64,000 nucleotides of DNA from Azolla caroliniana (GCA_043228905.1 JBHGNT010000008.1:16740001-16804000); one strand, 5' to 3'. Counted from the stretch's first letter, positions 41,501 through 53,984 are shown. The notes: generated by a model not told the origin, from the letters alone. Translations and numbers: made by a program.

Positions 41501-44500
41501 GAATGAATGCACACAATATGCTCTATATTTGATTTTAGAATATAAAAAAACTACAGATTCTTCAGATTAATTGAATTGTTGGTTTTTTCTCCAAATATTT
41601 TGAAAAATAGTCATAAATACTTAAGAGTTGGCAGCATCTCTCCTAAATTTAGGCTAAACATATTGAACATTTGACACAACATTGTCTCCTTTGCAAAAAA
41701 ATTGACAAACATATTAGAGTGTGTAGTGGATCATCCCAGAAGTTGTATTACTCCTTTTTTACCCTGTCGTGTTATCTAGAATATTTATAAAAAAGAACTT
41801 TTCTATGGACTGTTCCAACATTCCAATATTTAAAATCATGACAATTGAAATATTTTAATTATGTAAAAAGAGCATTGCTAAAATAGGCGATCAGTAGAAA
41901 TATTAAAAAGAAGCATAACTTGCCTTTATCATTACATGATGCCAGAAATGTTTTAACTACATTTTCATGAAATCAATAATAATAATAATTTCATTTGCTA
42001 GCATTCCTCTATATCTAAATAATTATAGGTGACTACGAGCAAAGATTATAAACATCTATAAGATCAAAATGATGGGGGCCTACCAATTAAGAGAAATACA
42101 TGACTAAAATATGATGAATTATTCCCGTCATTATGAAAACTGAGGACCAAACATTCTCTGGGCATCAAAGTATTGTTCTAATCAAAAGAATAGTAATAAA
42201 TCATTTCTCCTAAGCAAATTTCAATTCAGAAAATGTGGTCATATGGGCTATTAGGAAACGAGAATTTATATGGAAGTATCCATAATTTTTCAAGACAATA
42301 TCTGAATCATATGTCAACTGCATCTTATAACAATCAGCAAAATACTCACCATTGTGAATCGAATCCTAAGCAATGTTGTGTCCCATAAGGATACGTAAAA
42401 AGTTTAAGCCCTGCATTAAAAAAAGGACACAGATATTAGATAGCATATGTGGGCTAAATCATTTTCATGTCACTTGAAAAAATCCATCACATTACCTGTT
42501 TCTAGAAAGAGTTTGCATTTCGGGCGCATGCCACGATGATGAGATTCTTTAAAGCCAACACAATCACAGCAAAATCCCTAAAGTAACAAAAAGGATGAGC
42601 ACCATTTTTTTCATTTGTTGTTCCTGCTATTAAAAAAAAATCCATGTATTTATCACAAACACGTTTTCAAATGGGAATAGGATACCAATATCGTCTTTAG
42701 ACATGCTCCATCATTAGAAATTGATTTTCCTGTACTGGTAAAACAAGAATGATCTTTCCCAAGTACTTTTGTCAGCTAATATTGGCATTTACACAGAGAA
42801 AGGAAGATAGCAAGAAAAAGATGTGAAGAAGCATGATAATGGAAACAGCGATATAAACAATGGTTCTTCCCAAGTATTTTTGACAGCTAATGTAGACATT
42901 TACACAAAGAAAGAAAGAAAGATATATTAACATCTTTTAAGAGGCCAAAATGGCCTATAAGACCAAATAAGAGATTACAACTTGAGTGTTGTCTCGTCTT
43001 TGATAACAAATCAAAATAAAATAAATAATACACAGTAAATATAAAAGTAAATAAGACGAAAAGAGAAGAAACGAGGGAATCTGGTTTTTCGCACATCTGA
43101 GATTCTTAAGTTAGGTATATTGTAGCTTTTGTCTTCGAAAGATCTCTAGCATAGGTCGATCCAGAATGGAAATGTCTCCGAAGCGAGGGAAGCACCTACG
43201 ATGGCGGGAGATAATGGCTTTTATCTGTCGATGACAAGGGTGTCGAGGTCATGGTCCATGGGGCTGGGGCCTACATGCACGGCAAATTGCTATTGCCCGA
43301 TCAATTGTAACCCCTTTGTTATGTCCTGGTCTGGAGCCCATTTGTGTATCCCGTGATGGACTTGTAGCATTAGTAGGAGTGATGGGGCTAAAGACAGTTG
43401 TGATTGTTCTTTGTGGATGAGCTTGTGTGGCTGTATTCTTCAACAACTTTTCCCGATGTCTCTTGCGCTCTAGCAAGAAAAGTCCTAGGCATCGTTGGTC
43501 CTCGTATTCCATTACCTTGCGTAGTGGGCCAACGCCTTGTTTAAAGAGACAATGGTATCTCCCTCGGATTTCATAAAAGACAATACAATGACAAACATAG
43601 TGTTCCTCAAATTCCACTCCTTGATGACACAATTGGCAAATTCTCTCTTCTAGAGGTAGTTGTGTATATTTGCCTTCCTCAATCTGTAGCTGATGTGATG
43701 AAGTTCGCAACTGCTCTATCACACTACGCAGCGCTTAGGATAGATGTATGTCCATATAAGGTGGCCTGATGACAAATCCATCCTCCAATGTATGTAATAA
43801 GTGCGTCTTATAGTGGGCCATCTTTGTACCAAGTGGTATTTTGGGGCTGATCCATGTTATCTTGTTTTCTAAGTTAATAATATCAGTTCGGATCACTCTC
43901 TTCTTTTCCACTTTGGTCCTATTTAGGTGGGGACAGTCCAAGCTATATTGGAACGGGGGTAGTGCATTTATCCTCATGCCATGTGACTCGAACCATTGCT
44001 GCATTTCAGCATACCAACAATGAGTGTCTCCATTTTCAGCCAGTTGTCTTGATGACATAAGTGCCAACCTTGGGTACCTTCGTTTAGGGAGCTCCCAAAG
44101 ACGTTGGATAAATGTCACTAATCGGAACAATGCCTCGGTTATTATAGGTGCTGCTCCCATCTCTGCCCGGATTATATCGTGGGGCATCGATGCTTTGCTC
44201 CTTATCATGTGAGCAATCATTGACACTAAAGATCTCTCTAAATCTTTCCAATGATTTGCCTTGTTAAGACTCAGTCCCCATGTTTCTTCTCCATAGAGAA
44301 GAGTTGGTGTGACAAGTGTATCAAATAACCATAGCTTTGTCCGTGGCTCTTGGAACTGCAAATGTGCACATTGTCTCTCGAGAGCACCAAGGGCTGCATA
44401 TCCACGAGAAAGTCGGGCACAAGCAGCCTCCTGTAAGGAGAACCTAGGTCCTGTAAATGTTACTCCAAGGTATGTGTAGGAGCATGTGTATTCCACCTTT

Positions 44501-47500
44501 TCCTCTCCCAAGAAGAATTCTGGTTCTGATCTTGTTACCCATGCTTGAGTGGTGTTAAACACCATCACTTTAGTTTTGTCCATGTTGATTGACAAATGTT
44601 TGTCCGTACAAAATAGTTTTAAGGCATTTAAATGTCTTTGTAGTCCCTCCGGAGAGTCAGAAATCAGCACAATGTCATCAACATATAGTAATATTTGTAT
44701 AGCTATACCTGCTAGGCGTGCTCCAGAACCCCCGAATCTCTCTATGTATTGTGATACCTCATCTATATAGAGACCGAAGAGAGTGGGGGATAGTGGGCAT
44801 CGTTGCTTCATTCCAATTGTGCTAGCCACCGCTTCTAACAAGCCCTTGGGAGACCACACTTTTCCTGACACGGATTCATAGAGTGCATAGACTCCCCATT
44901 GCATATATGTAGGAACACCAAGGGGTTCTAGCCATTGCATAAGCCGAGCACGTGGCACAATGTCAATGGCTTTTCGGAAATCCACAAAGCAGCAATAAAT
45001 CCTCTTATTGTGGGCTCTGCCCGGAGGGTGAATATGTGATCCAAAGTTGTGAACCCCTTCCGAAAGCCTGCCTGTCCAACTGAACGGCAGTCATTCTGCT
45101 CTGCCCATATACTCAATTCTGATTCTAGAATCGACCCATATAGTTTAGCCAAGTAATGGCCAATCATGATTGTCCTATAGTTGCTTGGCATCATGGGGTC
45201 TCCACTTTTGAGGATTGGCACAATGGTATGTTGAGTCCATCTAGTAGGGAAACCTTCACACATGGCTTTATTAAAGGTTTTATGCAATCATTAAATAGAA
45301 AGGAAGATAAAAAGAAAACGATGTGAAGAAGCAAGAGTTCCATTTTCCAATTCAACAAAAAAAAGGTTTTATGCAATTATTAATATAATGTCTTGGTTTT
45401 CTTCATAGATGGGTGAATCTCCATGATCCACCAATATATTATGTGGTTTATTTTCTCATCCACCTTTTATTGAGTTTGTATGCACAAATTCTTTAATTAT
45501 CTCCTTTATTTATTCTTAAATTCAGAAATTGTACCCATGTCCATTTGTCAACTCCACATGAAAGCATTGAATGCATCATCCTATACAAAAAAACTGAATG
45601 CATGTGTAACATAGGGGATTCAAGAGGACACTTTTTTTATGCTTTTCATGTCCTTGTAATCAATTTTTGTGGGCCTTCACGTACATCAATATTTCCCAAT
45701 TGGTGATTACAATCTCAGATGTTTCCCTTGTTTACACAAAAACCCTTCGTTTCTGACGAAGGTATGCATATTATTTCCTGAATTATCCTGAACAATCCTT
45801 GAAATTATATGTACCATTTGAGCAATGAATCCCCTTTTTCTCAATTATATGCACTCTATAAGCTATTATGTGGTGAATTCATCCCCTTTCTCTCTTTCAG
45901 GGGTTGATCTAGAGTGTTAGGGGGAAAATGAGAAATCAAGGATCATGGTGTCATTAGCCAAGTTCTCTTCCATATTGTTCTTTGCAACTGTTTTTGTCAA
46001 ACCAATTGTGTTTTAAACATTTAACTTTTTCCAATAAACCAAGTGATGACACAATGAGCTGTTCCATTTCCTAATTAAAAGAAAGTTTCCTATTTGATGA
46101 AATATGCTATTCATCTCTTTGTTTATAATACCTTAGATATATCATGCACCTATCAAAATTTCTTTTCCTTCAATTATCTATCTAGAATCATCACAGAAAC
46201 TAAAGTAATTAGTATAGTGAATGGCATCTCTGCATTGCCTATTGAATCCATTACCACATAGAAAGATAATGTGGCTGAATCCATATGTTACATATCAAAT
46301 GCATGCATTGGCATCTTCTCATTAAGGTGAAATCTTATCAGATTATGTGATAGCATATTTGAGAAATCAGAAATGACAATACCGCGTTCTCAACACGAGT
46401 TTCTCTTCCGCTCTCATCATACCTGCAGAAATACACATCATTAATAACAGAAAACATGAATTGCAATATGATTTAACTTCTATTGATAAAACTAAAAAAG
46501 CTAAAAGGAAGACTTACGTTCGACATTTATGTGCCCGGCATCTATCAATACCTTTCCCAATTTCGTGAATCCTCCTATTGAAACTCTACAAGAAGAAGGA
46601 ATCGATCAAGAAAGGGTATTTTGGTGTAATACAAATTATCACATTCATGTAATACAATATTTTCTGATGACATTTATAATAAAGATATATTAATGTCTTT
46701 CATGAGGCTAAAATGGCATATAAGAACAAGCAAGAGATTACATCTTAAAATGTTATCTTGCCTTTCAAAAAACGTGCCAAAATAAAAATAATTGAACATA
46801 AGATACAGAGTACTCACGAATCTAGTTATATAAACACAGAAGATTCTAAAGTTGATAGATTCCTCAACATGGGCTGCTCCAATATGGAAAAATCTTCAAT
46901 ACAGGAAAGCACTTTCAGTGACAGCTGATAATGGCCTTTATTTATCAGCAGCAAGGGCGATGGAGCCATAATTCAGATGGTCATGGTCTATGTGCACAGC
47001 ACATTGCTATTGACTAATTTAATGTAACTCCTTTCAAGTGTCCTGATTGAGAAACCCAGTTGTATAGCCCTTGATTAACTTGCAGCAAGAGGAGCGATGG
47101 AGCTAAAGAAGGTTGTGATGGTTCTTTGTTGGTGAGCTGTAATCCTCTGACAACTCTCTATGTCTCTTGAGTTCTAGCAAGGACAATCCCAGGCACCATT
47201 TGTCTTCATATTTCAGTATGTATCCTTGTTGGCTATCTTCCTAGCAAGAGAAACTTGGGGCTGATCCATGTTCTTTTATTATCAAATTTAACAATATCAG
47301 TTTGAATCCCTCTAATCTTTTACACTTTTGAGGCGTGGAAAATCCAAACTACATTGGAATGAAGGTAGTGCATTTATATTTATGCCATGCAATTAGAATG
47401 ATTCTTGCATTTCAGCATATCAACAATGATTATTTCCATGTTCAGCAAGCATTTTTAATCACATGAGTGACAGTCTTGCGTACCTTTGCTTCCCAAATCC

Positions 47501-50291
47501 ATTGGATACTAGTCATTGATTGGAACAATGCCTCAATCACTATTGGGGCTGCTCCAATCTCTGTCCAGATTATTAAGGGGCACTAATCTTTTGTTCCTTA
47601 TCATGTGGGCAACAATCAACACTAAATGCCTCTCCAAATCTGGCCAATCATGTACCTTATGAAAGCTTGGTCCCAAATTTCTTCTCTGTCGGGAAGAGTT
47701 TGTGTTGCCAATTTAAAGAAAAACCACATTTTAGTTCACGGTTTTTCAGATTGTATGTGTACACTGTCATTAAATGCACCAAGATTGCATATCCACCGGA
47801 AAGTTGAGCACATGCAGCCTTCTAAAGAAGAACATCTCGCTGGGTGCTTGATATGAAGAAATGGTTTAAAAATGGGGAGTAGAAGATCTATTGGAGCTTT
47901 AAGCTGATGCTATGAAGTATCTGATTATTAAGGATGTATTACTGGAGACACTGAGGATGAAGTGGCAAGATGCTAGAATATCATATTGCAATTGTTAACC
48001 CTCACATTGGCCCCAATGCAAGGTAAGAATGTCAAAACATATCCAAGTGCATCTTAGTACCCCCATAAGCCTTGGCTCTCAAAGAGCCCTTACACTTCTC
48101 CGAACTCACTCACACAAGTGTTAAGGTGAAATCATGTCATCACCACCCAAATATGAAGCAATGCAAGGTATACAATAAAAACCTAGAGAAGAATGAACAT
48201 CAATTACTTCTCGCATGCTCAGCATATAATGTAAATTGCAAGAAGTATGATGACTGGCCATGATAATTTAAGAGCCATACTCAAACATCCACCAAGAAGG
48301 ATGAGCACATATAAACATGCATTATTTTCACATAGAGAGTTTTTACCACAAATCAGTAACCCCCCTTCTTAGAAAGAAGTCCTGTACACGATTATATGTT
48401 TATTCGGTCAAATAGGTCAAATTTGCCTTCCTCATGGATGATAAAAAATTTAATCCAACCATATAAACACAGAGGCCCTATGAATGTTACTCCTAGATTG
48501 TGTGGGATTGTGTGTATGCCACCTTTCATTTCCCAAAAAGAATTCTAGTCCTATCATTTTAATCTTATCGACATTGACCAACAAATCTTTGTCTATATAA
48601 AATGGCTTAAAATCATTTAGATGTCTTTGTCATTCCTCCTAAGAGTTGGAGAGTCAACACAATGTCATTGGCATATAGTAATGTTCATAAGGCCACCCTA
48701 CTATGCATTTGCGAAATCGTGTGTATGTCACCTTTTCCTCCCAAGAAGATTTCTGTTTCTGGTCTTATTTCACATGCTTGCGTAGTGTTTAACACCATCA
48801 CTTTAGTTTTATCAAGGTTGACCAACAAATCTTTGTCTATATAAAATGCTTAAAATCATTTAGATGTCTTTGTAGTTTCTCCAAGAGAGTTGGATATCAA
48901 CAAAATGGCATCATACTAAGCATGCACAGAATCACGTGTATGTCGCCTTTTCCTCCCATATAGAATTCTGGTTCTGAGCTCATTGCCCATGTTTAATTGA
49001 TGTTAAGCACCATTACTTCAGCTTTATTGAGGCTGACCGACAAACTGGTATTTATATACAAGATGACTTTAAAGTATTTGGATGTCTTTGTACTTTTTGC
49101 AGATAGACGGCGATCAAGAAGATATCATCAGCATATAGTAATATTGGTATGGCTAACTTACTACGCAGAATGAACCACATGTTTAAGACAGTAATTTATC
49201 ATTGAAATAATATAAAAAAATCTAATCAAGAGAAAATTCATTTACCCGTTGAAATTGAAGAGGATACCCCATATATACAATGCTTTTAGAGATTTTGATT
49301 GTTTGTGGGTCTCTTAGTGTTTGAATCTCACCACTACTAGCATTTCTCACGGCATCCAGAGTGGCTAAAATAGCATCTTCATCAGCATGCTATCAGTGCC
49401 ATACATACAAAAATAAGTGAATTTAATGAGAGCTTTTCAAGTCAAACTCTTAAAGTTATAATATTTGCAATGGATGAGTTACCACAGAAATGGAGATCAC
49501 CACTTTTAGTAGCATTGAAGAAACTTTTCAAATGTTGAATTTTCATTTTCATAGAATACCTTACTGTTAAAAACACCTGATGAGGAATTTTTGCGAAAAG
49601 ACTTTTCTTGATTGATATACGGGATAATACTATAACAATGTCTTCCAGCCAATTGATACACTTCTTCCTATAATGTAGATGTAGTTTAAGCATGATCGGA
49701 AATCCTGTGCATTGTCAAAGAGCAGAAGAGATGTTTTTCGCTATACAGAATGGTCGCAAAGAGAACAAATTGTTTGCTTGGAGTTCCCTCTGTAAGGAGA
49801 TGTTTTTCCTTACAACTATATATTTAACTTCTGTCACTGCCTCTATCACACTCAACCCCTATTTCATTGATCATTCTTGCGACGTACTTGTATGAAATAT
49901 GAGAATAACAAGGATGGGGTCTGCATAATTGGTACAAACTTAACAATAAATCTCCAAAAAACCAACATGGATTGTCTATAAAATTTCACCCATTTGTTCC
50001 AAAAAAAGGAAATAAACATTTGGCATCAATAAAACATGGAAGAAAGAAAGAGTTAAAAGTAGGGTTACATGAAGGTTACTTTAGGGTTATATTGCATACC
50101 TGTCCTGCAGCAATGGAGAGCTCGACAATGATCTTATGGCCACATCGGATGTCTTCTCTCACTCTAGCGCGAGCACACTTCTCTATGTCACTCTTAGCAA
50201 GGATCGTAGCCTCCACGATGGTGATGAAACAGCAGCAAAGGATGTGATAGAGAGCAAAGGAAAACAGTAAAGGGATCACAAAGGAGCGCAT
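25550..50291 (-). CDS. HAP2: HAP2/GCS1 gamete fusogen (class II fusexin), 18 exons, 677 aa
   Basis: Minus-strand GT-AG exons 50291-50100, 49389-49246, 46585-46518, 46422-46383, 42577-42496, 42410-42350, 41414-41333, 39458-39318, 39125-38955, 37383-37306, 34751-34651, 34280-34163, 33057-33025, 30312-30219, 30151-30063, 27847-27633, 27456-27365, 25782-25550 join in frame (2034 nt). Signal peptide then ILAKSDIEKC...C..KIIVELSI; GFCCDC...HCLGFDSQW; HAP2-GCS1 domain WLLIDKYKYSFDGAVCDLIGTSYYAF..Q...C......CL..QL; ITLELNADNVKFVINRSPGKI...FEALS; single TM helix; basic cytoplasmic tail. Confidence 0.93.
28345..29932 (+). mobile_element. cluster of about four 3'-end fragments of the LINE family (antisense to HAP2)
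   Basis: Repeated MEYEDQRCLG...TQMGSRPGHNKG segments and 3' ends AGGCCATTTTGGCCTCTTAAAAGA...ATATCTTTCTTTC at ~29240-29290 and ~29885-29932. Confidence 0.85.
30271..30870. repeat. ~310-bp degenerate tandem duplication spanning the HAP2 exon 14 acceptor
   Basis: 30271-30580 aligns with 30581-30870, including ATTTCCTACAATC. Confidence 0.85.
31436..32050 (-). mobile_element. 5'-truncated LINE copy
   Basis: Collinear with 42905-43570, with the microsatellite tail at its left end. Confidence 0.85.
35200..35780 (-). mobile_element. older degenerate LINE fragment
   Basis: Encodes LSISSYHLEIEVGRCACIPLEERI; collinear with the main copy. Confidence 0.75.
36033..36946 (-). mobile_element. 5'-truncated LINE copy
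   Basis: ORF 36625-36969 with LRTSSHQLEIEVGRY...ERIYQLCHQGVESEEHYVCHC; intact 3' hairpin and (TTTC)n tail. Confidence 0.9.
38733..38870 (-). mobile_element. very short LINE 3'-end insertion
   Basis: AAAGAAAG...GATATATTAACGTCTTTTAAGAGGCCAAAATGGCCTATAAGACCAAACAAGAG matches the family terminus. Confidence 0.85.
40178..40482 (-). mobile_element. short LINE 3'-end copy
   Basis: Matches 42905-43205 closely. Confidence 0.88.
42905..45272 (-). mobile_element. 5'-truncated non-LTR retrotransposon (LINE; RTEX/RTE- or L2-group-like), longest copy in the window
   Basis: RT motifs NYRTI, QAGFRKGFTTLDHIFTL, DFRKAID, GMKQRCPLSPTLF, LLYVDDIVL, YTYLGV; C-terminal LRTSSHQL..E.G.Y...ERICQLC...EEHYVCHC; 3' hairpin AGGCCATTTTGGCCT and (TTTC)n tail. 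Frameshifts and stops present; no endonuclease left. Confidence 0.93.
43249..45272 (-). pseudogene. LINE ORF2 reverse transcriptase (broken)
   Basis: ORF pieces 44928-45287, 43735-44985 and 43249-43722 are consecutive parts of ORF2. Confidence 0.9.
46680..49150 (-). mobile_element. older, rearranged LINE copy with duplicated RT segments
   Basis: 46680-47830 is collinear with the main copy; 48480-49150 holds 2-3 staggered copies of the YADD...KTKVMVFNT segment. Confidence 0.75.
47835..48462 (+). mobile_element. nested 3' fragment of a second LINE family
   Basis: Degenerate LRTHSH.. and CKVYNKNLEKNEHQLLLACSAY (C..C...E.E.H.LL.C..Y type); it interrupts the minus-strand LINE. Confidence 0.55.
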
Positions 50292-50489
50292 GTGACCTAC
50301 TACTAAATCTCTCTCTCTCCGTCTTCTGGGAGCAGATAATCTTTCCTTTTAACTTTTTCCTTCCTTTGCACTCAAAAATACTGAATGATTTCTGCTTCCT
50401 TCCTCTGCCCTAGACATGGCCGGCAGTTAACCGTTACACAGAGATGCAATTCCTCTGTTATTACAAGTAAGCTCAAACTGTTATCTGTG

Positions 50490-50547
50490 TATACATACAT
50501 ACATACATACATACAATACATACATAATACATATACATATGTAATAC
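50490..50547. repeat. (TACA)n-like microsatellite, target site of both MULEs
   Basis: Continues at 59413-59441; AATACATACATAATACATATACATA is identical at 50515-50539 and 59417-59441. Confidence 0.9.
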
Positions 50548-50655
50548 GCTCGTGACTAACTGCTACCAAATATTAAAGAGGGCAAGTGAGGGAATCGCGG
50601 AGAGGGACGGTGCAGGTCGCACCGTTGTTGGCGCGTTCGATCTCCACCGTCCAAG
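50548..50655 (+). repeat. MULE-1 left TIR
   Basis: Reverse complement of ~59305-59412. Confidence 0.92.
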
Positions 50656-50680
50656 ATGGATAAAAAGCTGACGTCTGTCA

Positions 50681-50868
50681 CAAGGAGCCCGACTTTGTGA
50701 AAAGGAGCCCGACTCTATGAAAGGGAGCCCGACTCTGTCAAAAGGAGCCCCGCTGTCAGACAGCCTCTACAAGAGGGAGCCCGACTCTGTCAGAAGGAGC
50801 CCCGCTGTCAGACCACATCAGTAACAACAAAAGGAGCCCGACTCTGACAAAAGGAGCCCGACTCTGTA
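50681..50868 (+). repeat. subterminal array of 8 GGAGCCC(GACTCTG) motifs, mostly 20-bp period
   Basis: Motifs at 50684, 50704, 50724, 50744, 50776, 50796, 50833, 50853. Confidence 0.92.
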
Positions 50869-51049
50869 GCAACAAACATCAAAAACTCCACAAAATTGTA
50901 AGTGTACAACAAATATTTGCCATGAAACTGATCATAAAATTTCTCAACAAAACCTAAAGATTCAAATAACAAGTCTTACATAAAATATGAAAATGTCAAA
51001 TGTTGACAACCCTAAAATGAAATATGAATATACACGTTACATATTAAGA

Positions 51050-53958
51050 TTATGGCTCATGTCGGGATGATTGCAAGATGCAACCACAATTTTTACAGCA
51101 TGTAACATTTGAGTCCCTTGAAGTCAAGGTCAAGCCATCACAACGCAAACACCGAACCTTCTCATGGTCAACCAATGGCAATCTCCTCCTAGCCCGACTA
51201 GCACCTCTTTGTAGTTTTCCGGAGTGGGATTTGGAAGTGTTTGGGGAGCTGCCAATAAGTTCTTGTGAGATGTCTATTGTTGCACTTCTTTTGGCACTGA
51301 TTTGTTGGTTGCGACTTATTGATCTACCATCTTCTTCATTGGTTGATTTTGGTGCACCAACGCGATACACCTTCTCAGCCACATCTTCCAATGTTTGTAT
51401 ACCTTCGACAATAGTTGCACGGTCGAAGGTTCCTAACCCTTGCTCGAGACATTGAAGTGCTTTCACGACCGTTTGTATTTTGGACTTGAATGATTCAATC
51501 TCGGATATTGTGGGGTTTGTCTCCTCTACTTGCTCTACCTCTGCCTCCACTTCTATTTCTGTATTATGGTCCATTCGCATTTGGGTCGCGTGATCTATAA
51601 AAGGCAATGAGCCACATAAATGTGGCATATGCCTCTCAATAATCATTCAGATACCTAGTAAATGGTCACATTTACTCACAATGTCTTGGCAATCACAATA
51701 TGAGCATTGGAGTGAGACATTATACCATAGAGTGGGAGTCGTCATGCTCAAGATTCTAAACCAATATCGAGCCTCGTTGACAATTTCAATTGTGGAAGTA
51801 TTGTCAACATACCTTTCCAATATTCTCTCCGCTTCTTTAAGTCAGGACCTTTGATCCCTACAATTCGCACGGGGTGCAAACCGACCACTCTCACATATTT
51901 CTTGTCGTTGCTTGTACCACTCTATTACCGTTCCTCCTATGCAAGTGCCAGTTTCACTGTCCCCGATTAAGACATGCAGAAGGTCGGTAATTGATCGGTT
52001 TATTCTTCCCCTCAAGGCAGTATACTTGATAAACTGCCAATGTCTTTCCACAATATTGGTAGTGTCAACGTGTCCATAGTTGAACATTCTACCAAACTTG
52101 GGCCAGAGTTTCCTCCACACACATGTCAAGCCACACCATCCTCCTTCTATATATTGCCAAACACCGGGCTTGTCCACATATTCTAACTTTAACTCCTCAC
52201 ACATTGCATTGAATGATGATTCAGTAATGCATTGCATCAGTTGGCACATTCGTTGATAAAGATGGATTCTCTCATTTGCACTTACTTTTGGCAACAAGTT
52301 GTCCACCCATGACTTTTTGGCGTGAAACTGACACAACAAAAGTCGACAATGTGTTTGGGACCGTTGCCCATTTACAACAATCCAAGATTGACAGTTTGTT
52401 GCAACCACATTAGTTATGGCATTATATGATGTCCAACATTTATCGATCACTATTGCATTTGGCCTCACCATGGGCATCCTTGCGAATATGACTCTCAAAC
52501 AAGTTTCTAATGCCACTTGCTCATGGTTTGACCCCTTATCAGAACTACAAAGCATGTACCATAATGGGATCCCAATTCCCATGGCGTTGGGGGCAACTGC
52601 TGCATATAATGGTAGCCCGAATTGGTTTGTTTTAAATGTCGAGTCGATTGCCCAAGAGTTGTTTAGGGTCAACTGCTTACACATTTCCAACATCCATTGA
52701 TCTTGAAGTATCAAGATAAATGGTTGTATGGGGGGAGATCCTGGTTCACCAGTCAAGTAGGGTTGAACATGAGCCACTTTCCCAAGATCTCGGAGTGCAT
52801 AGGCATCTTGCATCATCAAAGCCCAATCAACCTTAGTCATGACACTCCCGATTTTTAACCTATTTGCCATGTTATGGACCTCCTTTGGTATCATAAAGAA
52901 CTGATAGGTAACAAGCTCTAATGGACTAGCCTTGGACTTATGATATGCTTCCTTACGCATGCTCATTTGTGCCACATGCCTTGCACACCCAACATCAAAT
53001 AGGTCATCTTTGCAACAACTTATGACATTGGGGTGTACTGGCAAATGGTACACATCCGACCTACTACATGGTACATGACCACTATGAGGTCCATATATTG
53101 AAATGGTAAGTGTCTCAATGTCAACATCATCATTGATTCTAACGTCCACATGGAATGTGCACCCACATCGAGGTGTGCACCTGCGTCGTCGAGTGGAATT
53201 AGACGCAAGTCGAGATGTCCCAGCACGATGGCAACTATACCTAGTCACACGCATACCCTTCTTGACTCCTTTCCTTAAACGTGTGTGGTACTTGGTTTGC
53301 AAATCCGTGAGCGCATCATCTAATTGGTGGGTTTCTACCTTGATCACTTCTATGGGTAGGGTCTTGTTATATTTGGCCATGCTTGATCCCAAACCTTCTA
53401 TCGAGTCGACCTTCGATACCGTTTGGCAACCACAACTTGTAATGAGTGCTTTCACGTACTCCGGTGGGATGCCATAATCACGTACATCAATCGCATAAAC
53501 TAGCTTTGACTCTTTAAGAGTCTTTGAAAACGTGTGATGGGATGTGTCACCATGTGACGCTAATACTACTTCCCTCCATTTCTCGACGTATAAGACTTGA
53601 AGATTAGGTGATGCTTTAAGGTAAATTGCACTCTCATTCCTGAGAATGAGACGACTCTTCATGCGCCTCCATGCATGAAGTGAAAGAGGTGCTCCCCTCG
53701 CGACATCACGTAATGCTCCAATGTTACCTTAACTTGTCCCAATAAATCTTTAATCATCAAATTATACGTACCTCTTGAAAATGCAAAATACCTGGGGGAA
53801 CAATACATGAAGGGATCGACCGCCTCATCCTCACGATCGGAATCTGATGACTCAAAAGGATCCTCCAATTCGTCCTCGGATGCATTGGATGACCATGACG
53901 TATCCTCCAATTCATCTTCCGACATGGCGAAGACACCATGATGCATTGTGCTCTCCAT
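51050..53958 (-). pseudogene. MULE (MuDR-type) DDE transposase with WRKY/GCM1-like finger and SWIM finger, disabled
   Basis: YSCHRAG...RCGC...HSGH; catalytic WAIDSTF, IVIDK, LCQFH, TTNIVERHW; SWIM CDCQDIVSKCDHL; C-terminal CLRC...CKNC. In-frame TGA at 51842-51844 and 51647-51649 and a probable frameshift near 53730. Confidence 0.92.
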
Positions 53959-53984
53959 AGCAAATACAATATGATCAAGAATGC

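Noticed and set aside
50681-50868. Regular ~20-bp repeats as a CRISPR array
   Set aside because: No unique spacers, no cas genes, eukaryotic context; they are transposon subterminal repeats.
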